Shown: piece by piece, positions 47,915 to 59,347 of the stretch
Numbering within the stretch: position 1 is the first letter of the stretch
Layout: every line of letters begins with the position of its first letter
NCBI GenBank assembly: GCA_002269645.1
Contig: NIVC01000886.1
Span: 286,358 to 350,357, forward strand
Source: Macrostomum lignano
Taxonomy: Eukaryota
Reading direction: 5' to 3'
Length of the DNA: 64,000 nucleotides
Made by a program: the position numbers and the translations under genes
The notes under the pieces: generated by a model
Told to the model about the DNA's origin: nothing
What the model saw: the letters and a program-made list of their open reading frames with translations, nothing else
Database searches by the model: none

Positions 47915-50115
47915 CGTTTCTCTCCCTTTTCTCCCACTCTCTTCTCTGTTCTCTCCCTTTTCTCCCACTCTCTTCTCTGTTCTCTCCCTTTTCTCCCACT
48001 CTCTTCTCTGTTCTCTCCCTTTTCTCCCACTCTCTTCTCTGTTCTCTCCCTTTTCTCCCACTCTCTTCTCTGTTCGCTCCCTTTTCTCCCACTCTCTTCT
48101 CTGTTCTCTCCCTTTTCTCCCATTCTATTCTCTGTTCTCTCCCTTTTCTCCCACTCCATTCTCTGTTCTCTCCCTTTTCTCCCACTCTCTTCTCTGTTCT
48201 CTCCCTTTTCTCCCACTCTCTTCTCTGTTCTCTCCCTTTTCTCCTTCTCTCTTCTCTGTTCTCTCCCTTTTCTCCCACTCTCTTCTCTGTTCTCTCACTT
48301 TTCTCCCATTCTATTCTCTGTTCTCTCCCTTTTCTCCCACTCCATTCTCTGTTCTCTCCCTTTTCTCCCACTCTCTTCTCTGTTCTCTCACTTTTCTCCC
48401 ATTCTATTCTCTGTTCTCTCCCTTTTCTCCCACTCCATTCTCTGTTCTCTCCCTTTTCTCCCACTCTCTTCTCTGTTCTCTCACTTTTCTCCCATTCTAT
48501 TCTCTGTTCTCTCCTCTTTCTCCCACTCTATTCTCTCATGTTCTCTCCCTTTTCTCCTTCTCTCTTCTCTGTTCTCTCCCTTTTCTCCCACTCTATTCTC
48601 TGTTCTCTCCCTTTTCTCCCACTCTCTTCTCTGTTCTCTCCCTTTTCTCCCACTCTCTTCTCTGTTCTCTCCTCTTTCTCCCACTCTCTTCTCTGTTCTC
48701 TACCTTTTCTCCCACTCTATTCTCTCATGTTCTCTCCCTTTTCTCCCATTCTATTCTCTGTTCTCTCCCTTTTCTCCTTCTCTCTTCTCTGTTCTCTCCC
48801 TTTTCTCCCACTCTATTCTCTCATGTTCTCTCCCTTTTCTCCCACTCTCTTCTGTGTTCTCTCCCTTTTCTCCCACTCTCTTCTCTGTTCTCTCCCTTTT
48901 CTCCCACTCTATTCTCTGTTCTCTCCTCTTTCTCCCACTCTCTTCTCTGTTCTCTCCCTTTTCTCCTTCTCTCTTCTCTGTTCCCTCCCTTTTCTCCTTC
49001 TCTCTTCTCTGTTCTCTCCCTTTTCTCCCACTCTACTCTCTCATGTTCTCTCCCTTTTCTCCCACTCTATTCTCTGTTCTCTCCCTTTTCTCCCACTCTA
49101 TTCTCTGTTCTCTCCTCTTTCTCCCACTCTCTTCTCTGTTCTCTCCCTTTTCTCCTTCTCTCTTCTCTGTTCTCTCCCTTTTCTCCCACTCTACTCTCTC
49201 ATGTTCTCTCCCTTTTCTCCCACTCTATTCTCTGTTCTCTCCCTTTTCTCCCACTCTATTCTCTGTTCTCTCCCTTTTCTCCCACTCTATTCTCTGTTCT
49301 CTCCTCTTTCTCCCACTCTCTTCTGTGTTCTCTCCCTTTTCTCCCACTCTCTTCTCTGTTCTCTCCCTTTTCTCCCACTCTATTCTCTGTTCTCTCCTCT
49401 TTCTCCCACTCTCTTCTCTGTTCTCTCCCTTTTCTCCTTCTCTCTTCTCTGTTCCCTCCCTTTTCTCCTTCTCTCTTCTCTGTTCTCTCCCTTTTCTCCC
49501 ACTCTACTCTCTCATGTTCTCTCCCTTTTCTCCCACTCTATTCTCTGTTCTCTCCCTTTTCTCCCACTCTATTCTCTGTTCTCTCCTCTTTCTCCCACTC
49601 TCTTCTCTGTTCTCTCCCTTTTCTCCTTCTCTCTTCTCTGTTCTCTCCCTTTTCTCCCACTCTACTCTCTCATGTTCTCTCCCTTTTCTCCCACTCTATT
49701 CTCTGTTCTCTCCCTTTTCTCCCACTCTATTCTCTGTTCTCTCCCTTTTCTCCCACTCTATTCTCTGTTCTCTCCCTTTTCTCCCACTCTATTCTCTGTT
49801 CTCTCCCTTTTCTCCCATTCTATTCTCTGTTCTCTCCCTTTTCTCCCATTCTATTCTCTGTTCTCTCCCTTTTCTCCCACTCTATTCTCTGTTCTCTCCC
49901 TTTTCTCCCACTCTATTCTCTGTTCTCTCCCTTTTCTCCCACTCTATTCTCTGTTCTCTCCCTTTTCTCCCACTCTATTCTCTGTTCTCTCCCTTTTATC
50001 TCACTCTATTCTCTGTTCTCTCCCTTTTCTCCCATTCTATTCTCTGTTCTCTCCCTTTTCTCCCATTCTATTCTCTGTTCTCTCCCTTTTCTCCCACTCT
50101 ATTCTCTGTTCTCTT
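47915..50115. repeat. 31-bp pyrimidine-rich minisatellite (CTCTTCTCTGTTCTCTCCCTTTTCTCCCACT), ~70 copies
   Basis: Period 31 (47941/47972); the 770-aa and 542-aa ORFs are repeat translations. Confidence 0.97.
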
Positions 50116-50357
50116 AACATACGTAAGAAACGCTGGAAGAACGCTGCAAACGTTCACAAAAAGTAAAAATGAAGCCATTGCGCCTTAGTATGACATCAGT
50201 TTTCATCCTATTTTCAATTTCTCAAACTTACCAAAAGGATTGGTCAAACAAGGAGACACATCCAGCGTTTACGAGTAAAACAGCTCAAAGAAACGGGAAA
50301 ATTTGAAAGAAAAGGTGCAAAGACGAATTAAAACAAATAAAAGGCTTAAAAAAACAG

Positions 50358-51420
50358 ATGATCAAACAAAACGCTTACGAAGCCGTGAAGACGGGAGACA
50401 TCCAAGAGCTGCAATATCATCTGCAGCTGCAGCAAAGCGATAAAGACAGAACAAACTTTTGCGAAAACATGTTTGAAAATTGCCGTCAAGGAGTGTCAGT
50501 TAGAGGTGGTGAAGTTTCTGGTGCCGACAGTCGCTGACCAAGCAAACAGAGATCAGATCTGCATGGAGGCAGCGACATCTGCTGTATTATTTTGTGATCA
50601 GTTAGAAGTAGCTCGTAGTGAAGTTTCTGGTGCAGACAGTCGCTGACCAAACGAAAAGAGATCAGTACTGCATCAAGGCCGCAGAATCTGCTGTAAATAA
50701 TCAGAAATAATCAGTGGGAAGTCGTCAAGTTTCTGGTGCCGACAGTCGCTGACCAAAAAAAGAGATCAGTGCTGCATCGACGCTGCCAAATCTGCAACAG
50801 AGAGAAATGAGAGAGAAGTGGTCGAATTCATCATTTCGTGTCTCTCAAGTCCGGATCACAAAGCAAATCTCCAGTGCGCAGTCTCGTCTTCACGAATATG
50901 TCGTTGCCTACCTCGGCCTCGAGCCCGACTGGCTCTTCCAATCCAGCTCCATCCTCAGCTTCACTGCAGCAAAGGCCATCGAAGGCAGGAACTCTGTTCT
51001 CACCGACACCCTCTCACGAATGCAGCCAGCTCACATCACACAGCTGCTCCGTCTCTCCATCTCTCAAAGACACGTCGCTCTTGCTGTCACACTGATCAAT
51101 GATGAGCGAGTCACCACACAGCATGTCGATCTGCCAGACAGCACTGGAGCCACTGCTCTCATGCTGGCAGCTGATGCAGGTCATCACGAGCTCATTGAGA
51201 AACTCATCGATCTCGGTGCGTCAGTGCGTGCTGAAGACAGTCAGGGTCGGACTGCTCTGTCACGAGCGTGCGAAGCCGGTCACGTGCGAGCAGCCAAGGC
51301 TCTGATGGACAGAGGAGCGGATGCGAGTCATCGAGACGGTCGGGGTCTGACGTGTGCGCAGGTGGCACAGCGGTTTGAGCAGCGGCAGTCGCTGCGGCTG
51401 CTGGATCTCAGTGGAGCGGG
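50358..51420 (+). pseudogene. Ankyrin-repeat gene exon: intact C-terminal ANK repeats, frameshifted N-terminal repeats
   Basis: GATALMLAADAGHHELIEKLIDLGASVRAEDSQGRTALSRACEAGHVRAAKALMDRGAD are canonical ANK repeats; donor GTGAGT at 51421. Upstream ~110-bp repeats encode LEVVKFLVPTVADQ-like units in shifting frames. Confidence 0.7.
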
Positions 51421-51815
51421 GTGAGTGAGGCGAGAGTTTTGCGAATCTTTTCAGCACTCTATGGTAATAGTGTTTGATGTAACCGCCCTTGATGACCGTC
51501 TGCTCAACGGGGAGGAGAGCGACTGATCATATGGGGCAATGACCGTAGGCTGCCTATGACCCGGCAATGACCTGACGGACCTCCAGCACCAGACTGTCCC
51601 GCCCACATGACTGATAGCGTTTAATAAAAAAAGAATAAGATAAAAAAGATAAAAAATGTGTTTAACCCATTTAAGATGTTTCAAAACAACCCATGATTTA
51701 ATTGCCAGAAATTAAAGCGACTCTCCGCTCACTACGCTCTGCAGGCAGCCAACCTGCAGTGACAGCCACTGCGTGCGGTGTGCGGCCTGCACAGGACACG
51801 TGCCATGCGATCCGG

Positions 51816-53302
51816 TGTTAGAGTTTAGGATCTCCGCGTTTTAGGGTCTCCGGCCCGGAGATCACAAACTGAAAATTGTGTCATTTTAAGATCACCCACA
51901 CGGAGATCGGAAACCATAACATAAGATAGAGTTACAGGTCTCCGCCGTGTTAGGATCTCCGCGGTTCTTTTCTATATGAAAATTATAGCTACTTCTATGT
52001 ACATCGAGATTGGCACCCCAAAGTGTGAGCAGTCTTGCGTAACTTTCAATAGGCTTTGCACATTTTGGAGATCAGCTTTGTACTCATATTTTATGGGTGG
52101 CGGGAAGCGCTGTAAACATTTATATTGGGCAGATGATAAGAAAGGTTTTTGCTGTGTGATTTTCGTCGATTTCTGCATTTCAAAGCTTGATGGCTTCGCT
52201 CAATCAAATATTTTTCTACGTCCTAAACAATGAATATACGCAGGTACCAGCCAGATTGGACGCCAAAGATAAGGCCAACTTAAAAAGACGTATTAGAGAA
52301 AAGAGCAAGCGTTTCTCCATCCATGACGGAGCGCTTTACTACAGGGTGACTAATAAGGACGACAGTCAGCGAATGCGGCCTGAAGACCATCGCAGAGTAC
52401 TTTTCACAGAGGAAGAGGTACGGGATAAGATCCGCAGCCTTCACTCGCAAGGAAGTCACGTGGGTGTCAACAGCACAGTGAGCCTTTTTACTGCACGATA
52501 CTATGCTGACATCCCCGTCACACCGATTGCCAAGGCAGTGGTCGAGTCTTGTGACAGGTGCGAGATGGTCACACCGTGGGAGTAGCTGGGGTTCAGGATC
52601 TGAAGCGAGGGGACAGAGTTAGGCTTCGCAATCTTCGCAGGGACGATCGGAAGGGTGGTAAGATGCGATACACTTGGAGTCAGCAAGTCTACATCGTGAC
52701 CAGGTGTCTTGGTCAAAACGTGTACAGGCTAGGAGGACTAACCAGGTGTGTCAATGGGAAACACCTCAAGAGATGCTTCCTCCAAGCACCGGCTGAAAGT
52801 GCATCACCGGTTTTTCACTAAGCGGACATTTACTTCATTACTTTAACAGTAAACAGTTTTCCATTTAAATACACAGTTGTGCGAGCATATACGTATAAAA
52901 CTAATGCTACGTTGATGATAAAAATGCCTTTCCACTTCTTATACATGTACGCGTTCAATACCATGACCATTGGTTTTACACAAATGGGGGGGGAGATCGG
53001 AAACCGGAGATCCTAAACCAGGACTTTGTTTTTGCGGCCCTGACGGAGAGCTGAAACTGGTTTAGAGTCTCCTGGGGGAGATCAGAAACTGGTTTAAGAT
53101 CTCCGGGTGCGGAGACCTGAAAATGCCCCGGAGACCCTTAAACGGTTTCAGATCTCCTACCCCGGAGACCCATAACCGTTAGAAGTCTCCAGGGGAGATC
53201 CTAAACGGTTTAGGGTCTCCGGGCGGAGATCCTAAACCGTTTAGGGTCTCCGCCCCGGACACCCTAAACTGACTGGACCCCCGGAGATCCTAAACCATAA
53301 CA
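51816..53302 (+). mobile_element. Ginger1-like DNA transposon, internally deleted (HHCC and GPY/F regions retained, DDE core absent)
   Basis: TIRs TGTTAGAGTTTAGGATCTCCG and revcomp TGTTATGGTTTAGGATCTCCG (19/21); flanks CCGG and CCAG; ORF pieces FSIHDGALYY...HSQGSHVGVN...CDRCE and GDRVRLRN...RKGGK...W...VNGKHLK. Confidence 0.8.
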
Positions 53303-53306
53303 CCAG

Positions 53307-55054
53307 CAGTGGCGGATCGGCTGTGCAAGAAGTGTGGCGGCAATCATGAAAAGTTTAAATGCCCAGCGTATGGTAAGACCTGCTACCGGTGTGGCAAGGC
53401 TAATCATTTTGCCAAAGCCTGCAGAGGCTCAGACTTTTCACATAGAAAGACCGGTGGCACGAGTAAATCAACAACGTGAGAGTAAATATTTCTCACGGCG
53501 TACGATTACGAGATCGAGTATCGAAAATCTAAAGCTATGGCATCTGACGCGCTCTCAAGATTGGTTCCGCAAGGAAGAAGCGGTGAAACGCTAGAGATTG
53601 GTAACATTCACACGGTTTCAACTACAGTGTCTCTGGAAGAAATCAGGCTAGCAACGAAGCGGTGTAACGAAATGTGCTTGCTGAAGAGCGCTATAAAGAC
53701 AGGAAGCTTCAAACACCCTAGGCTGCGACCTTTCAAATATGTGCGAGAAGAACTTTGCGTTCAGGACGATGTTATTCTTCGAGGCCACAGGATCATTATT
53801 CCAAAATCCTTACGCATGAAAGCGATTGCAGCAGTGCACAAAGTTCATTTGGGAATGTCCCGCACCAAGTCCTTGGCACGTGCGGAGTTTTGGTGGCCAG
53901 CCATGGACAGCGATATCGAACGGACAGTCGGTTTGTGCCAGATCTGTAGGACCGCAAAACCGCAAAATAGGAATTTTCGCTCCAGTTGGCCTGAAGCTGC
54001 GGGACCTTGGGATCGTGTTCATATCGACTTTGCAGGACCGATCGACAACCACTACATGCTCGTTCTGGTAGATTCTTACAGCGGATATCCTAAAGTCCAC
54101 ATTACCAAAGATATGACTTCCCGAACTGTCATTCAGTGTCTCAGGAGGACATTTTCTCAGCTTGGAATTCCAAGGACACTTGTGTCAGATAACGGACCAT
54201 GCTTTATCAGCAAGGAGTTTACGGAGTGGTTGGCAGGAGTTGACTGTGAGCACCTAACTATTGCAGCTTATCACCCACAAAGTAATGGGGTTGCAGAGCG
54301 TTTCGTACGCACGCTAAAAGAAAGCATCAAAGCAAATGGCTTCAGTCAAGAGTCTGTTGACCGCTTCTTGCTGTTTTATCGCGCATCAGACAACAAAGCG
54401 GGATCGTCACCAGCGGAACAGCTGCTGGGGCACAAGCTCAGGGTTCCGTTTACCAAGAGGCAAGTTGGACTGGAGGATCCAGTTATCTACAAAAATGAGA
54501 GAGACAAGCCAATCACTGCAAAACTGCTTTTGCCTATCGGAAGGAGCATGGCCATGATCAAGACAGATGAACCGAACTCAAAGTATCGAAAGGTTCATCT
54601 GGATCAGCTACATCCGTACAGTCTAACCGGCGAGGAGTCCGCAGAAACCGACAGAATGCCACCCGGGGCTGGCGAGCACGCGGCAGGGAGAAAACAAGAA
54701 GAGGAGCCTCCACAACAAGAGGGGCTGCGTACACCTCCGATCCCTGAGGTTCCCGAGGATACTATTGAACCCAGAAGAAGCATGCGACTTTCGGAGAAAC
54801 CCAAAGTTAACTATAAGTGCTAAAATTTGTTCCTCCCGCATTAACTTAAAAAAAAATTTCTTTGCCATTGTAAGGGGGGAGATGTTGGCCATAGACGACT
54901 CAGTCGCACACACACCCAGCCATAAGCTAAAGAAGCGATGCTTCAAGCTTGGAAATAAAAGAAGGTTACGAACATCAAATAAGACGCTCGGTTTAGAAAG
55001 CAATTATTAAGAGTTCTTCGCTCACTGTCTTCCGCTAGAGAAGAAGTCATAACA
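53307..55054 (+). mobile_element. Mag-like Ty3/gypsy derivative: gag zinc knuckles, RNase H tail, intact integrase, PPT and 3' LTR
   Basis: CKKCGGNHEKFKC-PAYGKT-CYRCGKANHFAKAC (53324-53422); integrase ORF 53537-54823 with H-x3-H...CQIC, HIDFAGP, SDNG, NGVAERF; PPT AAGGGGGGAGA at 54872-54882; TGTTGG...CATAACA at 54883-55054 with AATAAA. Confidence 0.88.
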
Positions 55055-55951
55055 GCCCCAGTCGCCATTCATTTTTCTGTCCGATCCAAGAGCTCCGCAC
55101 GCTGCTGATGAACTCAAAACTGCGGCCATTTCAATATTGCCGTCCATATTTGATGCCTGCTCTGTGCCATAAACCAAATTCTAAATATAGAATGATGCGA
55201 CCTGCCACTCGCTCTCAGTGCCAGCTCTGATGCTCTGCAAGGGTGGCTTGAATGTCCTTGAAATGCCAGCCTTGCTTTGCAGATTTGCCTCATAATATAC
55301 ACTTGGAGATGTGCGAGCGTTTCAGCAGCCCGGTGGCTCAAGTTAAGACGACTTTTAGATGGAAAGGTGTCAGATTTATGAATATAAATTGACAATAATT
55401 ATCCCTTTTCTACTTTCTCTATGTATTTTTGCGTTTGGTAGCTCCCAATTGGGCCGTTTTAGCTGTGCCTGTTTTGTGCGTACTTAGAACGTCTAGTCGT
55501 ATAATAGTTCCACGATCGATAATTTAGGCCTCTCGTGCCCGTGGCGCACGAAGAGGTCCATTTTATTACCTTTAAATATAACCAGGTCTCTCTCTTCCGA
55601 CTTTTTAAGACCGTTTAAAACTTTCACTGCCCGCCTGTTGCTAAATATAGCCTTCCTAAGTGTTAGTCATTCCGTCTTCGTTATTTGTCCCACTAGCAAT
55701 TGGACAGAAGGTTACGGAAATACGAGCGTAAATTAAGTTCAGGGTTCGAGTCCAGGACCGAGCCGTGGGGTTTTAGTGAGCTTCCTGTGGAGTTTATCCG
55801 CAAAATAACCTAACCAAAACTTAAACACCAGCAGTAGTAAGTGCAGATTTAGACAGATTTTGTTGAATTAGGAATTCTGGCTTTGTGAAATTGTGGCAGT
55901 CTACTGACAATGTAAGGTGTTTATTTAGGAGAATGAAAAGATTTTAAAAAC

Positions 55952-56300
55952 CTATCTCTAACTATAAAAATCAAAACTCTGTGTGTGTGTCTGTGTGTGG
56001 ACAATTTTGATCGCTATGGACTCCCAAACCGCTCAACCAAATGACACCAAACTTTACACCCACCCTAAACTTACTACGGAGAATGTCTTAGGCTACCTTT
56101 TAATTTCCTAAATTTGAGTCTTCCTACCTAAAAGTGAAAAAAACTGCTCAAAATGCGCATTTTTTTTCACTAAATCCTCCATAGCGCCGCTCCACTTCTA
56201 CCGATTCTCTTCAAATTTGACACAGATAATCTTAAACTATTTTGGCACAATCATGTAAAATTTCGAGTCTGAAAGTTAATCCTCCATAGCGCTGTGCACT
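55952..56300 (+). mobile_element. Possible non-autonomous Helitron/HINE-like repeat, 5' portion
   Basis: CTATCTCTAACTATAAAAATC + (TG)n + AAACCGCTCAACCAAATGACACCAAACTTT resembles, from my recollection of that family, the start of invertebrate Helitron-derived repeats. No 3' hairpin-CTRR end identified; right boundary is a guess. Confidence 0.35.
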
Positions 56301-57159
56301 TTTAAAGTTTGGCTGTTTTTTTCAGCGAGGCAGCCACCCCAACCTCCGCCCGCCTGCCTCTCTTTCCCGATCTGGGCAAAGGGTGTGAGTAGGTTTTAAA
56401 ATGCCTAACTTTCGGCTGCCATAGTTTTGCTCCACGTGAAGCGATTGACTTCAAATTTGACACAATTCTTTATTGACTCATTCTCTGTCTACATGTAAAG
56501 TCTCAACTCTGTATCTCAATCAGGACAGAAACTGTAAGCATGTGAATTTTGTCTGCTTTTCTGTTGTTTGTGCCTCTCACTCACTCATTCCCCCAGCCCA
56601 GACGAAGGGTCAGGCGATAGGGCTCAATGTACTTAGCGAATGTACAGTGTTTTGGAATAACTTTTTAATAGCCTTCTCGGCACCCCGCGCGCGGAGAGGC
56701 GTGGAGAGGAGAGACAGTTTCAGCGAGAGATTCAAACCACTGTCCTCTGTATAGACAAGTCTGCAGCCGTTTAACAGTGGATGGCAAATCAAGGCGATGT
56801 GGGATGGTTTATAAAAATAGCGAAAAATTAATGAATAACTGATTAGTAGTGATTACAATGCAATCCTACTAAATTAGTTACACCATGAAAATTTTAACAT
56901 CAAGATTCGCATAAGGTACTTTAAAATTTAAATGGCTCCTAAGAAATACGTATTTCCTTGGTTGCTAGACTGCTGCAGACTGTGGTGGTGGAGCTGGGCT
57001 GGAGGGAGATACACAAATTCCTCTCAGGGCTGCTAATTGGCCAGAAATATGATGTGATTAAAGCATAACAACTATGAGAGTACTACGTCCCACAAACGCT
57101 TTCGAAGCGGGGATTGACAGACTTTAACCTCAAATGCCAGATAAAGAATCAAGCTCATG

Positions 57160-58560
57160 GCTGATGAGATGAGAGTGAAAAGGAGAAGGAATAGACTATA
57201 AGAAGAGAGGAGAAGCGAGAGGAGGATAAGAGAAAAGATAGAAGACAAGAAGAGAGATGATGGGGTAAGGATAAGGAGTGAGCAGATAATATTGGAGTAA
57301 GAAGCGAGAGGAGGGGAGAGAGAAGAGAGAGGAAAGAGTAGAAGTGAGAAGAGGGAGAGAGAAGATGGGAGAGATGAGACAGGATCGATGACAGAGGAGA
57401 GCAGAGAAGAGTGAGAAGAGAGTAGAGATGAGAGATGAAGGAGGAGAGAGCAGAGTGCAGAAAGGCGAGAGAAGAGAATAGAGGGGAGAGAGTATAGAAG
57501 AGAGAAGAGAAGAGGAGTAAGGAAAGAGAGTAATCTGAGGAGGGTAAAGAGAAGAGTACACTGAAGATTGGAGAGTACAGATGGCAGAAAAGAGAGGGGA
57601 TGAGAGTGAACACGATATCTGAGAGGAGAGAGGAGAGAGGAGTCAGATGAGGGGAAAGAGAAGAGTACAGAGGAGAGAGGTGAGAACATACGAGTATACG
57701 AGAGTAAAGATGACAGATGAGAGAGGGAAGATAAGACTAAGAGAGCAAAGACGAGAGTGAACACAGGAGAGATGGGAGAGTAGAGAGAAAAGAGGATAGA
57801 TAAGAAATAAGAGATGAGAGATGAAAGGTGAGACAAAGGGAGAGAGAGAGAGAAGTGAGTGAGGAAAGAGGAGGGGAGGGGAGAGAATCGAGAGGACAGG
57901 GGAAAGAGGGGAAAGGATGAGAGAGGGGTGAGGAGAGAGAGGGAGAGATATAGGTAGAGAGCATGCAGAGAGAAATGAGAAGAGATAAGAGAGAAAATAT
58001 AAAAGAAGAGAAAGGTGAGATAGATAAGAGAGCAAAGACGAGAGAGGAGAGGTGAAGGAAGAGACGATAGAAGAGAGGACAGAGAGACGAGAGAGTACAG
58101 AGTACAGAGGAGGGAGGAGAGGAGAAAGGAGAGAGGAGAAGTGTTCGGAGAGGGTAGAGTAAGGAGTGAGAAGAGGGGAGAGGGAAGAGAGAATAGAGAG
58201 TAGAGAGCAGAGAGAAGATAGTAGAGAGCAGAGAGAAGATAGTAGAGAGCAGAGAGAAGATAGTAGAGAGCAGAGAGAAGATAGTGCAGATCGAGCAGAG
58301 GGAAGATAGAGTAGAGAGCAGAGAGAAGAGAGAGTAGAGAGCAGAGAGAAGATAGAATATAGAGCAGAGAGAAATGGGAAGAGATAAAACAGGAGAAAGG
58401 GAGAGATAAGAGAGCAGAGACGAGAGAGGAGAGGAGAGGAGAGAAAATAATAAGAGGGAATAGACGAGAGAAGAGGGGATAGAAGAGAGAGAGAAGAGAC
58501 CATAGACCAGAGAAGAGAGAAAACAGAAGAGAAGGTAGAGATAGAAGTTTCTAAGGATCC
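57160..58560. repeat. Purine-rich (AG) low-complexity tract with a short internal 21-bp repeat
   Basis: Almost all A/G; the minus-strand L/S-rich ORFs are compositional artefacts. Confidence 0.9.
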
Positions 58561-58982
58561 AACTTCAAAGGGACACAAGGAGAGGCAGAGGCCATGAGTT
58601 TGCCTGACATTCTGTGCAGCACCCCAACCAACAATATTAATGTTTGCTTCAAATACTAATTGTACACGAATGTACTCTATTTTATGTTTAACTCTATCCT
58701 AAATTCCTAACTGTTAAAAAGTTTTTGTTTAAGTATGGGCTCAGATTTCAGAATACATGCAAAAATAGTTCCGGGGGTTGGAATTCCCCGGGTTCAAATT
58801 CCGCGGGTTTCAACAGCTTGTCTAATAGATAAAAAGGCAGATAGAAAACTTTAATGTGTAAATTATACTCGTAAATTAAATAAGATTCACAGAGAAAAGG
58901 CACAAAGCATAGAAAATGACGCTACATGTTTAAATTGAGTAATTGAGGCTCTCCGTCCTCACAACAACAGTCCAACATTCTT

Positions 58983-59342
58983 AGTCCCATACCCTCAGTC
59001 CCACACCCTGCAGTCCCACACCCTGCAGTCCCATACCCTGCAGTCCCACACCCTGCAGTCCCACACCCTGCAGTCCAACACCCTGCAGTCCCACATTCTG
59101 TCCCACACCCTGCAGTCCCACCCCCTCAGTCCCACCTCCTGCAGTCTCACACCCACACCCCCAGTCCCACACCCTCAGTCCCACACTCTGCAGTCCCACA
59201 CCCTCAGTCCCACACTCTGCAGTCCCACACCCCCAGTCCTACACCCTCAGTCCCACACTCTGCAGTCCCACACCCCCAGTCCTACACCCTCAGTCCCACA
59301 CTCTGCAGTCCCACACCCTCAGTCCCAGACCCTGCAGTTCCA
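58983..59342. repeat. 15-bp minisatellite (GCAGTCCCACACCCT) immediately 3' of the UNG stop
   Basis: Directly visible, ~24 units. Confidence 0.95.
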
Positions 59343-59347
59343 CCCCT

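Noticed and set aside
47876-50188. 770-aa and 542-aa L/S/F/P ORFs, and similar long ORFs at 8719-9132, 19455-20342, 20555-21591, 39431-40579, 41170-42183, 42958-45339, 57072-58578
   Set aside because: They are translations of stop-poor tandem or low-complexity repeats, open in several frames at once.
5358-54823. Functional link between the LEDGF/IBD gene and the nearby integrases
   Set aside because: IBD binding is established for lentiviral integrases only; proximity in a transposon-rich genome is expected by chance.
51816-55054. Composite Ginger-Mag element using the shared CATAACA end
   Set aside because: Flanks CCGG (left) and GCCC (right of 55054) are not a TSD; the shared end is explained by common TGT...ACA termini.
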